From positions 768,001 through 832,000 of the forward strand of contig CAXXXD010000004.1 of assembly GCA_963663385.2 (NCBI GenBank): DNA of 64,000 nt, in the 5' to 3' direction. A model generated the notes under the pieces. That model made no database searches. It had not been told where the DNA came from and worked only from the letters and a program-made list of their open reading frames with translations. The DNA comes from Oceanispirochaeta sp. GTDB taxonomy: Bacteria; Spirochaetota; Spirochaetia; DSM-2461. Positions 9,558 to 20,165 of this stretch are shown here, in pieces; position 1 is the stretch's first letter; the number at the start of each line of letters is the position of its first letter. Made by a program: the position numbers and the translations under genes.

Positions 9558-9631
9558 TCGGGCTGAGAGGATTTGAACCTCCGACCCCATGTCCCCCAGA
9601 CATGTACGCTAAACCCCTGCGCTACAGCCCG
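9558..9631 (-). tRNA. tRNA-Pro (anticodon GGG), CCA not encoded
   Basis: Reverse complement CGGGCTGTAGCGCAGGGGTTTAGCGTACATGTCTGGGGGACATGGGGTCGGAGGTTCAAATCCTCTCAGCCCGA folds as a cloverleaf; anticodon arm CATGT-CTGGGGG-ACATG; T-loop TTCAAAT. Confidence 0.97.
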
Positions 9632-9702
9632 TTATTTAAATGCTCCGAAAAATTAGCATAGCCGCTTTAAAATGTCAATCGATTGATTATAAAATAATTT
9701 TT

Positions 9703-11481
9703 TTATTTAACAGAGCTCTTATTCCGGCTTTTCTCGGCAATCATTCCCGCATTTTTAAGAAAGATTTCAAGAAGTTCAGGATCGAATATCTGACCTGACT
9801 GACTCTTCATATAGGATAAAACATCAATCTCCTGCAGAGCCTTTCTGTAGGGCCTCTCTGAAATAAGGGCATCATAAACATCGACCAATGTAAAAATCCG
9901 CGCACACAGGGGAATCTCTTCTCTCAGTAGTCCCTCGGGATAGCCCGTACCATCCCATCTTTCATGATGATTGTAGATGACAGGTATGGAAGGTTGAAGA
10001 AAAGGGATATTTCTTACAGCTTCTTTACCCATCTGAGGATGTTTACGCATAATATCCCATTCTATAGGGCTGAGAGAGGCGTTCTTATGGAGGATGCTGT
10101 CCGGAATACCCAGTTTCCCTATATCATGCAGAAGGGCTCCTCTTTTCAGGTAAATCCGATCTTCCTCAGGCAGGTTCAGCAGATCTGCCAGAGTCATGGC
10201 AATATTGACAACACGATTGCAATGCCCCTTGGTCTCAATATCCCGCAGTTCCAGAATGCCGGCCCAGGCTTTCAGTATCTCATCGTATGAATTTTCCAGC
10301 AGATCCCGGCTGTCTTCCAGCTGATGGATCAGTTCTTCGTTTGTAATGGCGCTGGATAACTGAAAAAGGTTCATCTGAAGGTATTCAAGCTCGATAGGAT
10401 CCGGTTCCCTGTTGAGTAAAAGCTCCAGAAAGCCTTTTCTGCTTTTTGTGTAAAAATGACTGCCGAAGTACACGCCTTCATCATCCAGTCGGTTCATCAT
10501 GGCAGTCTGGTTCCCGATATTCATAAGCTGATATTTATTCATCATCAGAAAGGGACCGGGAAATTGGGGGATTTGAAAGGGGCTTCCCTCCATTTCTTCC
10601 GGTACGGCTGTCAAATAGACTGAATAATCCGTGTTACGCTCCAGAAGGGATATGGCACTGGCCGAAACAGGGAGTTCCGAATGGAGGTTTTTCTGCATCA
10701 TATTCAGTCTTTCGGAAAAATCGAGCCTTGTCTCGGATATGCAATTCCCTATCTGTCTCAGTGATTTGAGAAGACGGATCTGTTTTGAATTTTCTTCGCG
10801 AATCCTCCGGAGTTCTCTGTTCGATCTGTTTTCATTACAGTAGCGCCGTTCCAGTCCCAGGAGTATAATGCTGATCATCTGGGTTATCAGGATATTAATA
10901 AGAACAACATTCACCACAATGACCCACCATGTTGTTCCGTACTCTATTATGGGTAAGCCATCCAGTGCTCCATAAAGGTAGAGAATGCTCAGAACAAGCA
11001 TTATAAGAGCATTAAACGCTATGTGCCTGATATTACTCTCTTTTGATACATTCAGGGACAGGTATACATAGGATGCGCAGAGGTACAAAAGCCCGGCTCC
11101 GTAGGGACCTGTTGTGATCAGCAGCATTATACCGACCACATAGAGGGATATCCCCAGTATGACGAGCCTCGCATAATAGCTGATGAACCTCATGAAAGCC
11201 AGGGAGGCATAAAGAAAATAGAGCAAAAATGTTATAATGCTCAGGAATATTCTGCCTTCTCTGTAGAACTCAAGAGATCCGCTGACAGTTGCGAAGGGTC
11301 CCAGAACAAGGATTATCAGAAGGAGAGTAATAAATATTGTCTGCTGCCAGTAGAGCAGGGAATCCCTGGGACCACGTTCCGACGGTCTTATCATTACTTT
11401 CCTGAAACGGGAAAGGAGGTGTATAATCGAACCGTGTTTTCTCTGTTTTCTCATTAGAAAATACCTGCTTACTACAAGCAT
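9703..11481 (-). CDS. Membrane-anchored HD-GYP cyclic-di-GMP phosphodiesterase
   Basis: About 6 N-terminal TMs; ETKGHCNRV, LHDIGKLGIPDSIL, HHERWDGTGYP, VDVYDAL. Confidence 0.9.
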   Translation of the reverse strand: MLVVSRYFLMRKQRKHGSIIHLLSRFRKVMIRPSERGPRDSLLYWQQTIFITLLLIILVLGPFATVSGSLEFYREGRIFLSIITFLLYFLYASLAFMRFISYYARLVILGISLYVVGIMLLITTGPYGAGLLYLCASYVYLSLNVSKESNIRHIAFNALIMLVLSILYLYGALDGLPIIEYGTTWWVIVVNVVLINILITQMISIILLGLERRYCNENRSNRELRRIREENSKQIRLLKSLRQIGNCISETRLDFSERLNMMQKNLHSELPVSASAISLLERNTDYSVYLTAVPEEMEGSPFQIPQFPGPFLMMNKYQLMNIGNQTAMMNRLDDEGVYFGSHFYTKSRKGFLELLLNREPDPIELEYLQMNLFQLSSAITNEELIHQLEDSRDLLENSYDEILKAWAGILELRDIETKGHCNRVVNIAMTLADLLNLPEEDRIYLKRGALLHDIGKLGIPDSILHKNASLSPIEWDIMRKHPQMGKEAVRNIPFLQPSIPVIYNHHERWDGTGYPEGLLREEIPLCARIFTLVDVYDALISERPYRKALQEIDVLSYMKSQSGQIFDPELLEIFLKNAGMIAEKSRNKSSVK

Positions 11482-11496
11482 AGAATCCCATCCTGT

Positions 11497-12756
11497 TCAA
11501 TTCAAGAGGATAGGCTGATTATCAGTATTTTTCTGAATCCATTTTTTTCGCAAAATGTATCCTTCTTCAACAGGAACGCCCGGTTTGATTATGCATGGTT
11601 TGCCATGATCCGCCTGAGTCAGGATTTCACCTTCCGGGCTGGTGAGCGTAAAGTTCGAGTCTGCCGAATACAGGTGATCCGGACCAATGTACTCTATCTC
11701 CTCTCCCGGGAAAATCTGGTTTTTAACATCCAGTTCAAAAAGGCCGTTCCCAATATCTTTTCCAATGGAGCCGAGGAATTTGTACTGTGCCTGTTCGGGT
11801 TTTTCAGTGGGCTGTTCAATCTCATCTTTTCCAAAGTAGAAACCGGTTGAAAACTTCCTGTGGCTGACCTTGAAGATCTCTTCCCTGTAACCTTCCAGAT
11901 CCGGTATGTCCCTTCCCTCCAGAGATTCAATCATTTTTCTGTAAGCCCTTGTAACAATGGCTGTGTAGTAGATGGATTTCATTCTCCCTTCAATCTTCAG
12001 AGAGTCGATTCCCGCATTTTTCAGATCCCGCAGGTGATCAATCATGCAGATATCCTTGCTGCTGAGGATCGATGTAAAACCGTCGCCTTCGTAGATCGGG
12101 TAGTATTCTCCCGGGCGCTGTTCCTCCTCCAGTACCATCTCTGTATTGGCGGGGCCTTCCAGAGGCCGGAAATCCCAGCGGCAGGAGTGGGCGCAGCTGC
12201 CGTCATTGGCGCTGCGGTCTATCATCCATCTGCTTAAGAAACAGCGTCCCGAGTAGGCCAGGCACATGGCGCCGTGAACGAAGGTTTCCAGTTCTATATC
12301 GGGAACAGCCCTGCGTATCCCTTCAATCTCTTTCAGGGAGCATTCCCGTCCCAGGATTACCCGTTTAAAACCCAGATCCCTGTACAGTTTGACCGATTCG
12401 CTGTTCAGGGCATTGGCCTGGGTGCTCAGGTGCAGGTCTCTTCCGGGAAAGTGCTTCTGCAGCAGCCGGAGGATTCCCATATCGCTAATGATGAAGGCAT
12501 CGAAAGGGTAGGCTTCGAAGGATTCGAGGGATTCCTCAAGCCTTTTCAGATCCTGATTGTGAAAATATATGTTCAGGGCGCAGAAAAGCTTTTTGTCCCC
12601 TTTTATTCTGGCGATTTCCCGGGCTTCCTCCCGGCCGAAATTATCAGCTTTTGCTCTCAGAGAGAAGCTGTGCAGGCCTATATAGGCGGCATCCGCCCCA
12701 TACTGGTAGGCGTATTTCAGTTTTTCCACATTTCCTGCGGGTGATAGTAGTTCCAT
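11497..12756 (-). CDS. U32 peptidase family protein (TrhP/YegQ-like tRNA hydroxylation)
   Basis: MELLSPAG, GADAAYIG, HLSTQAN, FVHGAMCLAYSGRC, CAHSCRW, SLKIEGRMKS. Confidence 0.9.
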   Translation of the reverse strand: MELLSPAGNVEKLKYAYQYGADAAYIGLHSFSLRAKADNFGREEAREIARIKGDKKLFCALNIYFHNQDLKRLEESLESFEAYPFDAFIISDMGILRLLQKHFPGRDLHLSTQANALNSESVKLYRDLGFKRVILGRECSLKEIEGIRRAVPDIELETFVHGAMCLAYSGRCFLSRWMIDRSANDGSCAHSCRWDFRPLEGPANTEMVLEEEQRPGEYYPIYEGDGFTSILSSKDICMIDHLRDLKNAGIDSLKIEGRMKSIYYTAIVTRAYRKMIESLEGRDIPDLEGYREEIFKVSHRKFSTGFYFGKDEIEQPTEKPEQAQYKFLGSIGKDIGNGLFELDVKNQIFPGEEIEYIGPDHLYSADSNFTLTSPEGEILTQADHGKPCIIKPGVPVEEGYILRKKWIQKNTDNQPILLN

Positions 12757-12902
12757 GGCTCCTCATTATCGAAAAAACCGGCGTCAGGTCAACTATATGA
12801 AATGGTAAATCAGGAAAAACCTGTTAATTCAGTGGACTGAAAGTTACCGAGCGGATAAAATAGGTAATTGTGGATTGTATACAATTAATGGAAGGAGCTG
12901 AT

Positions 12903-13982
12903 ATGCGGGAAGATACGATACTCAACTGGTTCGGAACCGATCCTTTCGAAGCCGGAAGAATCCTGATGGAAAAGGCGGAGCAGTGGAAGAACTGGGATAT
13001 CAACGACACAATCGGTTTAAAGCCCAATCTGGTGGTATCCAGAAAAGCTGAATCCGGAGCAACCACGCACCCCGATTTCGTGGCCGGTGTTATAGATTTC
13101 CTCCAGGAAAAAGGGTTTTCCCGGTTGAAAATTGTTGAGGGATCCTGGGTCGGAGACTGTACGCAGAGGGCGTTCCAAGTCTGCGGATACACGGATCTTT
13201 CAGAAAAATACAGTATCCCCCTAGTGGATCTGCAGAAGGATGAATCCGTACTCTGCAATGCCTCAAACGGTTCCTGCAGGATATGCCGCAGTGTTCTGGA
13301 GCTGGACAGACTGATCAATATGCCTGTTTTAAAAGGTCACTGCCAGACTTCTGTAACCTGTGCTCTGAAGAACCTCAAAGGATGCATACCGGACAGTGAA
13401 AAAAGGCGCTACCACCGGGAAGGGCTGCATCAGCCCATTGCCGATCTGAATGAAATTCTCCGGGCCGACCTCATCCTTGTTGATGGACTGCAGGGGGATC
13501 CGGATTTTGAAGAGGGGGGCAATCCCTGCCGGATGAATCTCTTTCTGGCCGGAATCGATCCGGTTCTGATGGACAGCTATGTGACGGGAATCCTTGGACT
13601 GACAGTCAGGGATGTTCCCTATATTGAAAAAGCGGCCGCGCTGGGAGCGGGATCTGTTCTGACCGACAAGTCCCGGATCCTCTTTCTGAACAAGGGGGAA
13701 AAGCTGGAAGGGATTGAGCGGACGGCCCTGGCAGACCGTCTGGGGGGATACATCAAAGAAGACAGCGCGTGCAGCGCCTGCTATGCCTCGTTAGTTCAGG
13801 CTCTTTCCATACTGGAGAAACAGGGGAAACTTCCTGCAGAGCCTGTTTTGATCGGGCAGGGGTATAAGGGAACAAATCCGGAAGGAATCGGTGTCGGACA
13901 GTGCCTCAAAGGGGCCCGCTCTTTTGTCAAAGGGTGTCCGCCTTCCACGGAGGAAATCGTGAATTTCCTTCAGTTCATTTAA
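12903..13982 (+). CDS. DUF362 family Fe-S protein
   Basis: LKPNLV...GATTHP, INMPVLKGHCQT.VTCALKNLKGC, C-terminal ACSACY and VKGCPP; GGAG RBS before ATG 12903. Confidence 0.8.
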   Translation: MREDTILNWFGTDPFEAGRILMEKAEQWKNWDINDTIGLKPNLVVSRKAESGATTHPDFVAGVIDFLQEKGFSRLKIVEGSWVGDCTQRAFQVCGYTDLSEKYSIPLVDLQKDESVLCNASNGSCRICRSVLELDRLINMPVLKGHCQTSVTCALKNLKGCIPDSEKRRYHREGLHQPIADLNEILRADLILVDGLQGDPDFEEGGNPCRMNLFLAGIDPVLMDSYVTGILGLTVRDVPYIEKAAALGAGSVLTDKSRILFLNKGEKLEGIERTALADRLGGYIKEDSACSACYASLVQALSILEKQGKLPAEPVLIGQGYKGTNPEGIGVGQCLKGARSFVKGCPPSTEEIVNFLQFI

Positions 13983-14112
13983 AAAAAATATTATTCTAAC
14001 GGAAATCTCATATATGCCGATATAAAATCATGACATAACTTAATGAAGTTGTTTCAGCCGGCAAGAGGCGATCATTATCGGATCCGATAGAACCGGCTGA
14101 AATAAAATAGAT

Positions 14113-14143
14113 GACCCCGGGACACTGAAGCGGGGTTCTTTTT
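14113..14143 (+). terminator. Intrinsic terminator
   Basis: GACCCCG-loop-CGGGGTT followed by CTTTTT. Confidence 0.7.
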
Positions 14144-14202
14144 ATTTATAAGGCCTCTCTAAATATATTTTTCGGTTTTCCACTTGTGCCATTAACTGTC
14201 TA

Positions 14203-14598
14203 TTATGTAATATTCCTGACAATCCAGAGAACCCGTTCCAGGGGATCGTCTTTTTTCAATCTGAAGGGCAGAATGGTTACATGAAATCTCTGAATGCTCT
14301 CAGGACCTCCGCTGATTGTGTTCATGAAATCGGATAAGCTCAGATTGTACTCTACTTCCAGAACTTCTCCGGTTTGAATAACCCTGTCGATAAGGGACTG
14401 AAAATACGAAGCCTTTTCTTCGCACAGAACTTCGGGGTAGGACTTTCCGATCAGTTTGCTTCCGTCGGAATAGAATCTCCGGTTGGATCCGCCCAGAAGG
14501 GAGAGGTATCTGCCTTTATCGCTCATTATAAAAACGATTACGGTATCAGACTGCAGTTCTTCCATGATGCGAAGTTGAAGCTCATCCGGTAAATCCAT
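14203..14598 (-). CDS. Stand-alone PAS domain protein
   Basis: FIMSDKGRYL, LIGKSY.EVL, IDRVIQTGEVLEVEY; ends VRNIT. Confidence 0.7.
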   Translation of the reverse strand: MDLPDELQLRIMEELQSDTVIVFIMSDKGRYLSLLGGSNRRFYSDGSKLIGKSYPEVLCEEKASYFQSLIDRVIQTGEVLEVEYNLSLSDFMNTISGGPESIQRFHVTILPFRLKKDDPLERVLWIVRNIT

Positions 14599-14688
14599 TT
14601 TTTTCCTCCCCAGGATACTAAGTATATATGATAGGAACGCCTTTTTGGTAGATAAAATTCTGTGGAATGAATCAACGCTTCATTCAGG

Positions 14689-17013
14689 TCAGAACAGATC
14701 CAGCTGCCGCCCGTAGAAAATTTCATCAAAATGAAGGCCCATAAAGGGCAGAACAGCCTCTGCCAGGGGGCGCAGCTGCTTTTCGATGTAGTGATCGTAA
14801 TCGGGCTTCTCCTCCCCTAAAGGCAGCGGACGGGGACCTTCTGTTGTCATTATATAACGGATTTCCCGCAGTTTTTTTCTGTCCTCTTCCGGAAGGAGCA
14901 GGGCCGCGCGGACATGAGGCGGGATGTGGGTCGTATACTCCTCCGGAGCTTTGCTGAGCCCCTTTCTGTAAACCAGCTCATCATCCATTTTCCCCTCCTT
15001 CAGATCCTCCACATAGGAACGGATCCAGATAGCGGAATCATCGTTCCGGGAATCTTCGTTCTGAAAGAAATGGCGGAAGAGTTCATACTGAAAATTACGG
15101 GCCAGATCGGTCCAGTCGGAGCGGACATACTCCATCCCTGTAAACTCCAGGGTTTCCAGCCCGCCCCGCATCAGCATCCCCGCATAGCGTTTCCGGGCTC
15201 CTGTCTCTGTTCCTCTTAAAGGCGGAAGAAAGAAATGACTGTAATGTTTTTCGTATTCGATTTCCAGATGGGAGAAAACGCTGGACTCTTTCATGATTTT
15301 CATTTCCATAAAGTGATTCACCCTGTCTGCCAGATGGATGCCGGATTCATCGGGGCTGCGGGTTTCCTCCTCCTTGAAGCAGACGAAAACAGAGTCCGTA
15401 TCCCCGTAAATCACTTCATATCCTTCCTGTCTCAGCCAGTGAACGGTCTCCTTCAGAACCCACTGCCCCGTTTCCGTAATGGCTTTGGGCAGGTCCTGAT
15501 GATAGAAGCGGCATCCTGTTGTTCCCATGGCGCCGTAAAAACTGTTCATCAGGATTTTCACCCCCTGAGCCAGGTGCTTCTTTCCCTCCTCTTTGGCCTG
15601 CTTTCGTATCTCCATCAGTTCCGCCAGAAATTCGGGAAGGATTATTTCCGATCGGGAAAAACTGTGACCCGATGGGGTGGTTATGCTGTTTTCACTTCTC
15701 TTCAGCCTGGCCAGAGGGTCGATATGGAAGGTCCGGATAACAGTCGGATAGAGGCTTTTAAAGTCCAGAACCGCCACATGACTGTAACGGCCGGGATTCC
15801 CCGAAAAAACATAGCCCCCCGGGGCGCTCTCTCCGGGGCTGATATCCGCTGTATCGGGAGCTACCAGACCATGACGGTGAAGCCGGGGAAGGTAAAAATG
15901 GTCGAATGAGGCAATTGTACGGTTTACCTGATCCAGAGGCATCCCGGTTAATTCGCGGCGGGCACAGATAAGGGAGAGAAGCTGGGTCTTATGAAAGATT
16001 CCCGTCACCAGCCGGCAATCCTCCAGATTGTAACGGGCCAGAGCTTCAGGGTCTTCCCGGTAGCGTCTCTCTATCTCCCCGACCTTGTCTCCCTCCTCGG
16101 AGATATCCTTCCCCCTTCCCAGTATTTCCTGTGAGACCGTCTCCAGTTTGAAGTTCTCAAATTTGAAGAAATTCTGTCTCATAGTCTGGGGGCCGTCTAT
16201 AATCTGTCTTCCCCGTGTCTCCGCCGAGTAAAACCCGGCGCGGTTCTCTTTTATCCGCACCGGCTGGTCCTGCCTTCCCAGGTTGAAAGGAATACCGTGG
16301 AAACGGAAACGCTCTTCCAGAAATCTCAGATCGAATCCGATAACATGCCAGCCGATAATCAGGTCGGGGTCCCATTTGCGGATCCAGGCCATAAACGCGG
16401 AAAGGGTCTCTTTTTCTCCGCGGCAGTACTGGTTCTCTCCTTTTCCGCCGCTGTGGTCCGAGTGGATCAGGACTTTGCAGAACTCTTCTACCACTTTGCC
16501 GTACCCTGTGCCATGCATGGCAATCGAGTAGATCTGACCATTCCGGCCGGTTTCTATATCCAGGGAAAGAACACGGAACGCCCCGTCCATCTTCAGGGCC
16601 TTGAGAGACGGGTTGTAATAGACCCGGCCGGAAGGCGTCTCCTTTCCCGGGCCTTCCCACTCAATACCGCTGTTGATAAACCGTTCCATCAGAAAACGTT
16701 CCGCCGGGTAGACATCCGATTCGTAAAGAGTCAGGCCGTTTGTCCGGATTTTATCCCTGGCCTGGTAAAACTGATGCAGACTGTCAAAATAGAGAGCATC
16801 AATGGACTCTCCTGTAAAGGACGCAAGCTTAAGGGGACGGCGGGCCTGAAAATCCACACCTGTCAGTTCCTGTCCGGAAGGTATAAAGAATACTGGCTGG
16901 TTGTCTGTAATTATGATATGGAACGGTCCCTCTTCTCCGCACCCGGAAAGATGAATTTCGTGTCTGCCCCGGTTGTCCAGGCTTTCCCATGTCAGTATGT
17001 ATCCCTGATGCAT
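14689..17013 (-). CDS. polB: DNA polymerase II (family B)
   Basis: Exo motifs LSLDIET, IIGWHVIGFDL, YNLEDC; pol motifs LDFKSLYP, KILMNSFYG, YGDTDS, RKRYAG; AGGAG RBS before ATG 17013. Confidence 0.95.
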   Translation of the reverse strand: MHQGYILTWESLDNRGRHEIHLSGCGEEGPFHIIITDNQPVFFIPSGQELTGVDFQARRPLKLASFTGESIDALYFDSLHQFYQARDKIRTNGLTLYESDVYPAERFLMERFINSGIEWEGPGKETPSGRVYYNPSLKALKMDGAFRVLSLDIETGRNGQIYSIAMHGTGYGKVVEEFCKVLIHSDHSGGKGENQYCRGEKETLSAFMAWIRKWDPDLIIGWHVIGFDLRFLEERFRFHGIPFNLGRQDQPVRIKENRAGFYSAETRGRQIIDGPQTMRQNFFKFENFKLETVSQEILGRGKDISEEGDKVGEIERRYREDPEALARYNLEDCRLVTGIFHKTQLLSLICARRELTGMPLDQVNRTIASFDHFYLPRLHRHGLVAPDTADISPGESAPGGYVFSGNPGRYSHVAVLDFKSLYPTVIRTFHIDPLARLKRSENSITTPSGHSFSRSEIILPEFLAELMEIRKQAKEEGKKHLAQGVKILMNSFYGAMGTTGCRFYHQDLPKAITETGQWVLKETVHWLRQEGYEVIYGDTDSVFVCFKEEETRSPDESGIHLADRVNHFMEMKIMKESSVFSHLEIEYEKHYSHFFLPPLRGTETGARKRYAGMLMRGGLETLEFTGMEYVRSDWTDLARNFQYELFRHFFQNEDSRNDDSAIWIRSYVEDLKEGKMDDELVYRKGLSKAPEEYTTHIPPHVRAALLLPEEDRKKLREIRYIMTTEGPRPLPLGEEKPDYDHYIEKQLRPLAEAVLPFMGLHFDEIFYGRQLDLF

Positions 17014-17134
17014 CAAACGCTCCTGTAACCCGATTATACAGAATTGCCGCGGATAAAGCAAAAATGGGATAAGGCTATCCCCGCCGGCAAAATTCGAGTA
17101 CAATCTTCTGTCGTATATGAGGAGTTTTTCTTTT

Positions 17135-18727
17135 ATGAAGCAACTATTCACGCGTTATCCCTGGCTGAGCGAAGTTGCCCTTCTGTTATCGGGGGCCCTT
17201 TTATTCGCTTTGGCTTTTCCCAGTTTTGCCTATAGATGGGGATTTGGAATTCTCGGATTTTTCTGTCTGATTCCGGTTTACCTGCTGATCCGGCGGGTAG
17301 GCTATATAAAAAGCGCCGTATACGGACTGCTTTACGGGTATTTCGCTTATACCCTGTTTAATTTCTGGCTGGCGAAATTCAACCCGGTCTCTTTTGTCGT
17401 GGTTCCCATGATCTATGCGGTCTATTTCTTCTTCTGGTTTCCTGTTTTCAAATGGGCCGACAAGGTGTTTCCCCGCTGGGGGTATCTCCTGCAGGTTCTG
17501 TTCTGGCTGGCTTATGAAATATTCCGGGTTCAGGGGTTTCTGGGGTATTCCTACGGGATTCTGGGTTACTCCCTGTTCCGGTGGACTGCTCTTATCGGCG
17601 TGGCTGATCTGACAGGTGTTCTCGGGGTATCCTTTCTCGCTGTTTTCCCCTCTGCCTGGATCGCCCGGTATGTCATCTTCCGCAGGGAGGAAGGAAAGGA
17701 TACTGCTCTTCTCAGGAAAGCCCGTTTTCTTACACTCCCGGCTCTTGTCTATCTGATCCTTCTGGGGAGCAGTTTCGCCTATACGGCTGCGGCCAGAGTT
17801 GATTATTCAAATGTTCCCAAATGGCGGACCTCCCTGATTCAGCATGATATTAATGCCTGGCGGACGGGAATCAAAGTGTACAAGGAAGCCCTGGACAAGC
17901 TGATCGAGGTATCCGATGAAGCTCTGGCAGATACGCCTGATGCGATAATCTGGTCGGAAACCGCTTTTGTTCCAAGTATCAAATGGCACGACCATCACCG
18001 GGAGGAACGGGATAAATTCGAACTGGTGCAGGAACTGAAAGATTTTCTGAAAGACCGGGACACCCCTTTTATTATAGGGAACAATGATACCGTAATGCAT
18101 GCGGGCGAGAGAGAAACCTATAACGCCGTCCTTGTTTTCGAGGGAGAGGAGATTGTCGATACCTATCACAAGATTCACCTGGTCCCCTTTGGAGAGCACT
18201 TCCCCTTTGAAAAGATTTTCCCCCGTTTCTATAAATACATCCTGAACAACGGGGCAACCTTCTATATTCATGGAACGGATTTCACCGTTTTTGATATGGG
18301 GAAAGCCATGGCTTCTCCCCTTGTCTGTTTTGAGGATACCTTCGGCTATCTTTCCCGGGATTTTGTCCGGGAAGGGGCGCAGGTGCTGGTAAATGTTACA
18401 AACGACTCCTGGTCTCCCGCCCAGGCCTGTTCCATTCAGCATGCGGGTATGGCTGTATTCCGGAGTGTCGAAAACCGCCGCTCCATGGTTCGGTCCACCA
18501 ACGGCGGATTTACCTGCCTGATTGATCCCAACGGGAAGATTACGGAATGGCTGGAGCCTTTTACAGCGGATCATCTGACAGTGGATGTTCCGGTTTATGA
18601 TGAAAAACAGACCCTGTATACCCGAACGGGATTCCTGTTTGACCGCTTTGTCATGATGGTCTCTGTCCTGGGCGGTCTGGTGCTGACAGTTTTAACAATA
18701 AGAAAAAGAGGTGGTAATAATGAGTAG
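17135..18727 (+). CDS. lnt: Apolipoprotein N-acyltransferase
   Basis: Multi-TM N-terminus; IIWSETA, YHKIHLVPFGE, VCFEDTF, VNVTNDSW, RSVENRR. Confidence 0.95.
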   Translation: MKQLFTRYPWLSEVALLLSGALLFALAFPSFAYRWGFGILGFFCLIPVYLLIRRVGYIKSAVYGLLYGYFAYTLFNFWLAKFNPVSFVVVPMIYAVYFFFWFPVFKWADKVFPRWGYLLQVLFWLAYEIFRVQGFLGYSYGILGYSLFRWTALIGVADLTGVLGVSFLAVFPSAWIARYVIFRREEGKDTALLRKARFLTLPALVYLILLGSSFAYTAAARVDYSNVPKWRTSLIQHDINAWRTGIKVYKEALDKLIEVSDEALADTPDAIIWSETAFVPSIKWHDHHREERDKFELVQELKDFLKDRDTPFIIGNNDTVMHAGERETYNAVLVFEGEEIVDTYHKIHLVPFGEHFPFEKIFPRFYKYILNNGATFYIHGTDFTVFDMGKAMASPLVCFEDTFGYLSRDFVREGAQVLVNVTNDSWSPAQACSIQHAGMAVFRSVENRRSMVRSTNGGFTCLIDPNGKITEWLEPFTADHLTVDVPVYDEKQTLYTRTGFLFDRFVMMVSVLGGLVLTVLTIRKRGGNNE

Positions 18728-20165
18728 AACAGATAGAATCCTGAATTTTTTTGAAGGGATCAACCGTGTCCCCCGCAAATCGGGAAACAGGGGGCCTATC
18801 ACACAGTATCTGACAGACTGGGCCCACAGCAGAAAATTTACTGTAAAGAGGGACGGGACGGATAATCTGGTTATCTCCGTTCCTGCCACACCGGGTTTTG
18901 AAAATGCTCCCATTGTTGTTCTTCAGGGGCACTCGGATATGGTTTGTGAAAAAACTCCCGAATCGGATCATGATTTTACAAAGGATGCTGTAAAATGCCT
19001 GGTTGAGGGAGACTGGATGCGGGGAGATAACACCTCTCTTGGGGCCGATAACGGTATTGCTCTGGCTCTCGCCATGGACTTGGCTACTTCTGGTGATGTG
19101 GAACATCCTCCCCTGGAAATTCTGATTACCTCGGATGAAGAGATCGGACTGATTGGAGCGAATAATCTGGAGGAAGGATTCCTGGAAGGGCGTATCCTTC
19201 TTAATATGGATTCGGAAGATGAGGGTATTTTCACGATAGGTTGTGCCGGCGGAGCAGACAGCCGTTTTTCCATTCCTCTGGAGATGGAGGATGTTCCGGC
19301 AGATTCCCTCTCATATAAACTGACCATAGGCGGTCTGTTCGGGGGACATTCTGGAATGGATATCAACCTGAACCGGGGAAATGCCCTTAAAATGGCAGAC
19401 CGGATTCTGCTGGATCTCTATGAAAAAGAGGGGGTTAAGCTTGTTTCCCTGGTTGGCGGAAGCGGAGCATCCAATGCCATCTGCCGGGATGCGGAAGCGG
19501 TATTTTCCATCTCCGCCTCCCGGGCGGAACAGGGCAGGGCTCTTGTAAGTGAATGGCGGGAGACCCTTCGGAATGAGAATAAAACCGGTGAACCCGGACT
19601 GACCGTCTCCCTTGAAGAAACAGAGCGCTCTGAAAAGGGCCTGAGCGGTGCATCCTGCCGCAAACTTCTGCAGGTGGTCCGGCTGATCCCCCATGGAGTG
19701 GAGAAAGTGTCCTCCGATATAGAAGACCTGGTGGAAACCTCAAGCAATCTGGCCTGGATGGAGATAAGGGAAGACCGGGCGTATTTTCTTACCAGCCAGC
19801 GCAGTTCCGTAATGTCCGAACTGAGGGATATGAACCAGAGGATGATTGATGTGGCTGAGATAGCCGGGGGAATATGTGAAACCGTGAACAAGTATCCCGC
19901 CTGGCAGCCGAATATGGATTCCGCTCTGTTGCAGCGCTGTACGGATATCTATAAAAAATTGATGAAGAAGGATCCTGCTATAGAAGCGATTCATGCCGGA
20001 CTGGAATGCGGTCTGATAGGGGACATGTATCCCGGAATGGATATGATCTCCATCGGGCCGACCATTAAACACCCCCATACGCCGGAAGAAAGACTGTATC
20101 TTCCCTCTCTGGAGCCCTTCCGGGATTTTATGGTGGAGCTTCTGAAGTCATTTAAAGAGGGATGA
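18720..20165 (+). CDS. pepD: Aminoacyl-histidine dipeptidase (M20C)
   Basis: LQGHSDMVCEK, LGADNGIA, DEEIGLIGA, LNMDSE, GGHSG, IHAGLECG, HPHTPEE. Confidence 0.93.
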   Translation: MSRTDRILNFFEGINRVPRKSGNRGPITQYLTDWAHSRKFTVKRDGTDNLVISVPATPGFENAPIVVLQGHSDMVCEKTPESDHDFTKDAVKCLVEGDWMRGDNTSLGADNGIALALAMDLATSGDVEHPPLEILITSDEEIGLIGANNLEEGFLEGRILLNMDSEDEGIFTIGCAGGADSRFSIPLEMEDVPADSLSYKLTIGGLFGGHSGMDINLNRGNALKMADRILLDLYEKEGVKLVSLVGGSGASNAICRDAEAVFSISASRAEQGRALVSEWRETLRNENKTGEPGLTVSLEETERSEKGLSGASCRKLLQVVRLIPHGVEKVSSDIEDLVETSSNLAWMEIREDRAYFLTSQRSSVMSELRDMNQRMIDVAEIAGGICETVNKYPAWQPNMDSALLQRCTDIYKKLMKKDPAIEAIHAGLECGLIGDMYPGMDMISIGPTIKHPHTPEERLYLPSLEPFRDFMVELLKSFKEG

